From NCBI GenBank assembly GCA_002081575.1, contig JNBS01000224.1, forward strand, positions 62,001-84,125: a DNA stretch of 22,125 bases, written 5' to 3'. The notes under the pieces were generated by a model. The model was not told where the DNA came from, did not search any database, and worked only from the letters and a program-made list of their open reading frames with translations. Position numbers and translations under genes: made by a program. Below, in pieces: positions 21,201-22,125 of this stretch. This DNA is from Thraustotheca clavata. Lineage: Eukaryota. Positions within the stretch are counted from its first letter, which is position 1. Each line of letters opens with the position of its first letter.

Positions 21201-22125
21201 TTAAAGCTTCTATTTGGAATCATGCTGGTTTTCATTTACAACTTAACTCGACCATTTTTCAAATGGTAATATTACTTGGACGATTAGATATTGCTGCCAG
21301 TATAAAGTTTCTCTCATTCTTTAATGTGCTTGTATTTTCTGGCGTTGATTCTCAATTGGATTATGAATATCGAGTGTTCCTTGGGCAAACTACAGATCTT
21401 ATTTCGTTTTTGGTCAACCAGATATTGCATGATGCTTACGTTGACCATAATGATCATTTCTTGGATTGTCTTTGGCGTATTTGTCATGATAATCCAGTCA
21501 ATGCAAGTCGCGTATCACCTAGTGGTGGGCTTTTAAATACTTTAGCTACAATTATTTCAACTCCAACAAGCCCATTATTTCTCAATGCATTACGGTGTAT
21601 TCGCTCTCTTAGCAATGAACCATTGAATGCTGATACTTTTGGTAATATTGGTGTTTTAGAAAGTCTCTTTTCCTGTATAAGCCATGCACATGAAAACTTG
21701 ACTGATATGTCGATACCAATAATATGCACTGCAATGGAAGCACTGAGCTCAATTTTCAAACAATCCAAAACCAGCAGAAATCGATTTAGCCTTGAAAACA
21801 TGGAAATGATGGCAGTATTATACAATTTTCTCATTGAGCTATCGCCCATTGATTTAGAAGCTTGGGGGCAAATTCTTGCACGACTTATGCAGCTTTTGAG
21901 TTGTATAGTTCTCGATACACGAACACGACAAATGATTTGGACAAGATGCCAAGCTTCTGGACCTACAGAACTAGGATGGGCTAGTTGGATGCAATTATTA
22001 TATCCACCACAACATCGAACTCTATCCAAGCTCTCACTTGATGGGAAAAAACAAGTACACAATCACACAATAGCTATTTTGGCTGAACTTTGCCTTGAAA
22101 ACACTATTGCTCGTAGCTTTGTTTC
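9235..22125 (+). CDS. Giant multidomain ARM/HEAT-like repeat protein, at least 4157 aa, 3'-partial. Exons: 9235-10246, 10288-13184, 13227-13576, 13621-14935, 14979-15761, 15801-16124, 16165-16515, 16556-17035, 17079-17198, 17242-17624, 17668->22125
   Basis: Ten GT-AG introns (41, 42, 44, 43, 39, 40, 40, 43, 43, 43 nt) each preserve frame between successive plus-strand ORFs. The last exon, read by hand from 17669, is open to the window end. ARM-like units include LQKYGLQTLANLACGN, IISAIQALRCITKDQEN, LDCLWRICHDNPVNASRVSPSGGLLNTLATII, FLNALRCIRSLSNEPLNADTFGNIGVLESLFSCI and VCEFACAVLATLICDSHVANFFLTEIGYNKLLTML. Confidence 0.92.
10440..10770 (+). repeat. Degenerate peptide-level repeats in a Pro/Glu/His/Lys-rich disordered linker of the giant protein
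   Basis: KSPPK/TSPPK/VSPVK/ASPAK; HIIPKHPK and HIIPQEIPKH (CACATTAT at about 10509 and 10650); PETRAKTSPPKQRERH versus PEPRAVTASPAKRTEH. Confidence 0.5.

Noticed and set aside
21484..22062. 192-aa minus-strand ORF, and other antisense ORFs at 9603-10091, 14149-14439 and 18102-18488
   Set aside because: Antisense shadows of the giant gene's coding exons, with no recognisable motifs.

Overview
Gene-dense, AT-rich eukaryotic nuclear DNA, not prokaryotic. Twenty very short GT-AG introns (39-49 nt) join the fragmented ORF track into 8 protein-coding genes. Intron style, Inr/FPR-like core-promoter motifs and an oomycete-type C3H-motif gene suggest an oomycete, probably Saprolegniales (inference). 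In order: a partial minus-strand hypothetical gene; a tail-anchored SP-rich protein; a small putative C3H zinc-finger regulator; a 5-exon basic hypothetical protein; adenylate kinase 6/Fap7; a GT61 glycosyltransferase; a TauE/SafE-family transporter with a probable mitochondrial presequence; and one giant gene of at least 11 exons (9235 to beyond 22125, at least 4157 aa). The last 4.46-kb exon of the giant gene is missing from the ORF track because it has no stop in the window. This protein is the most interesting feature: an ARM/HEAT-like helical scaffold that, by eye, carries a ubiquitin-like domain, an intracellular CAP/SCP-like domain, a PH-like domain, a Cys4 knuckle on its own exon and two degenerate cyclic-nucleotide-binding-like domains. 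These domain calls come from manual motif reading and need HMM or structure confirmation. No RNA genes, CRISPR arrays or intact mobile elements were recognised.
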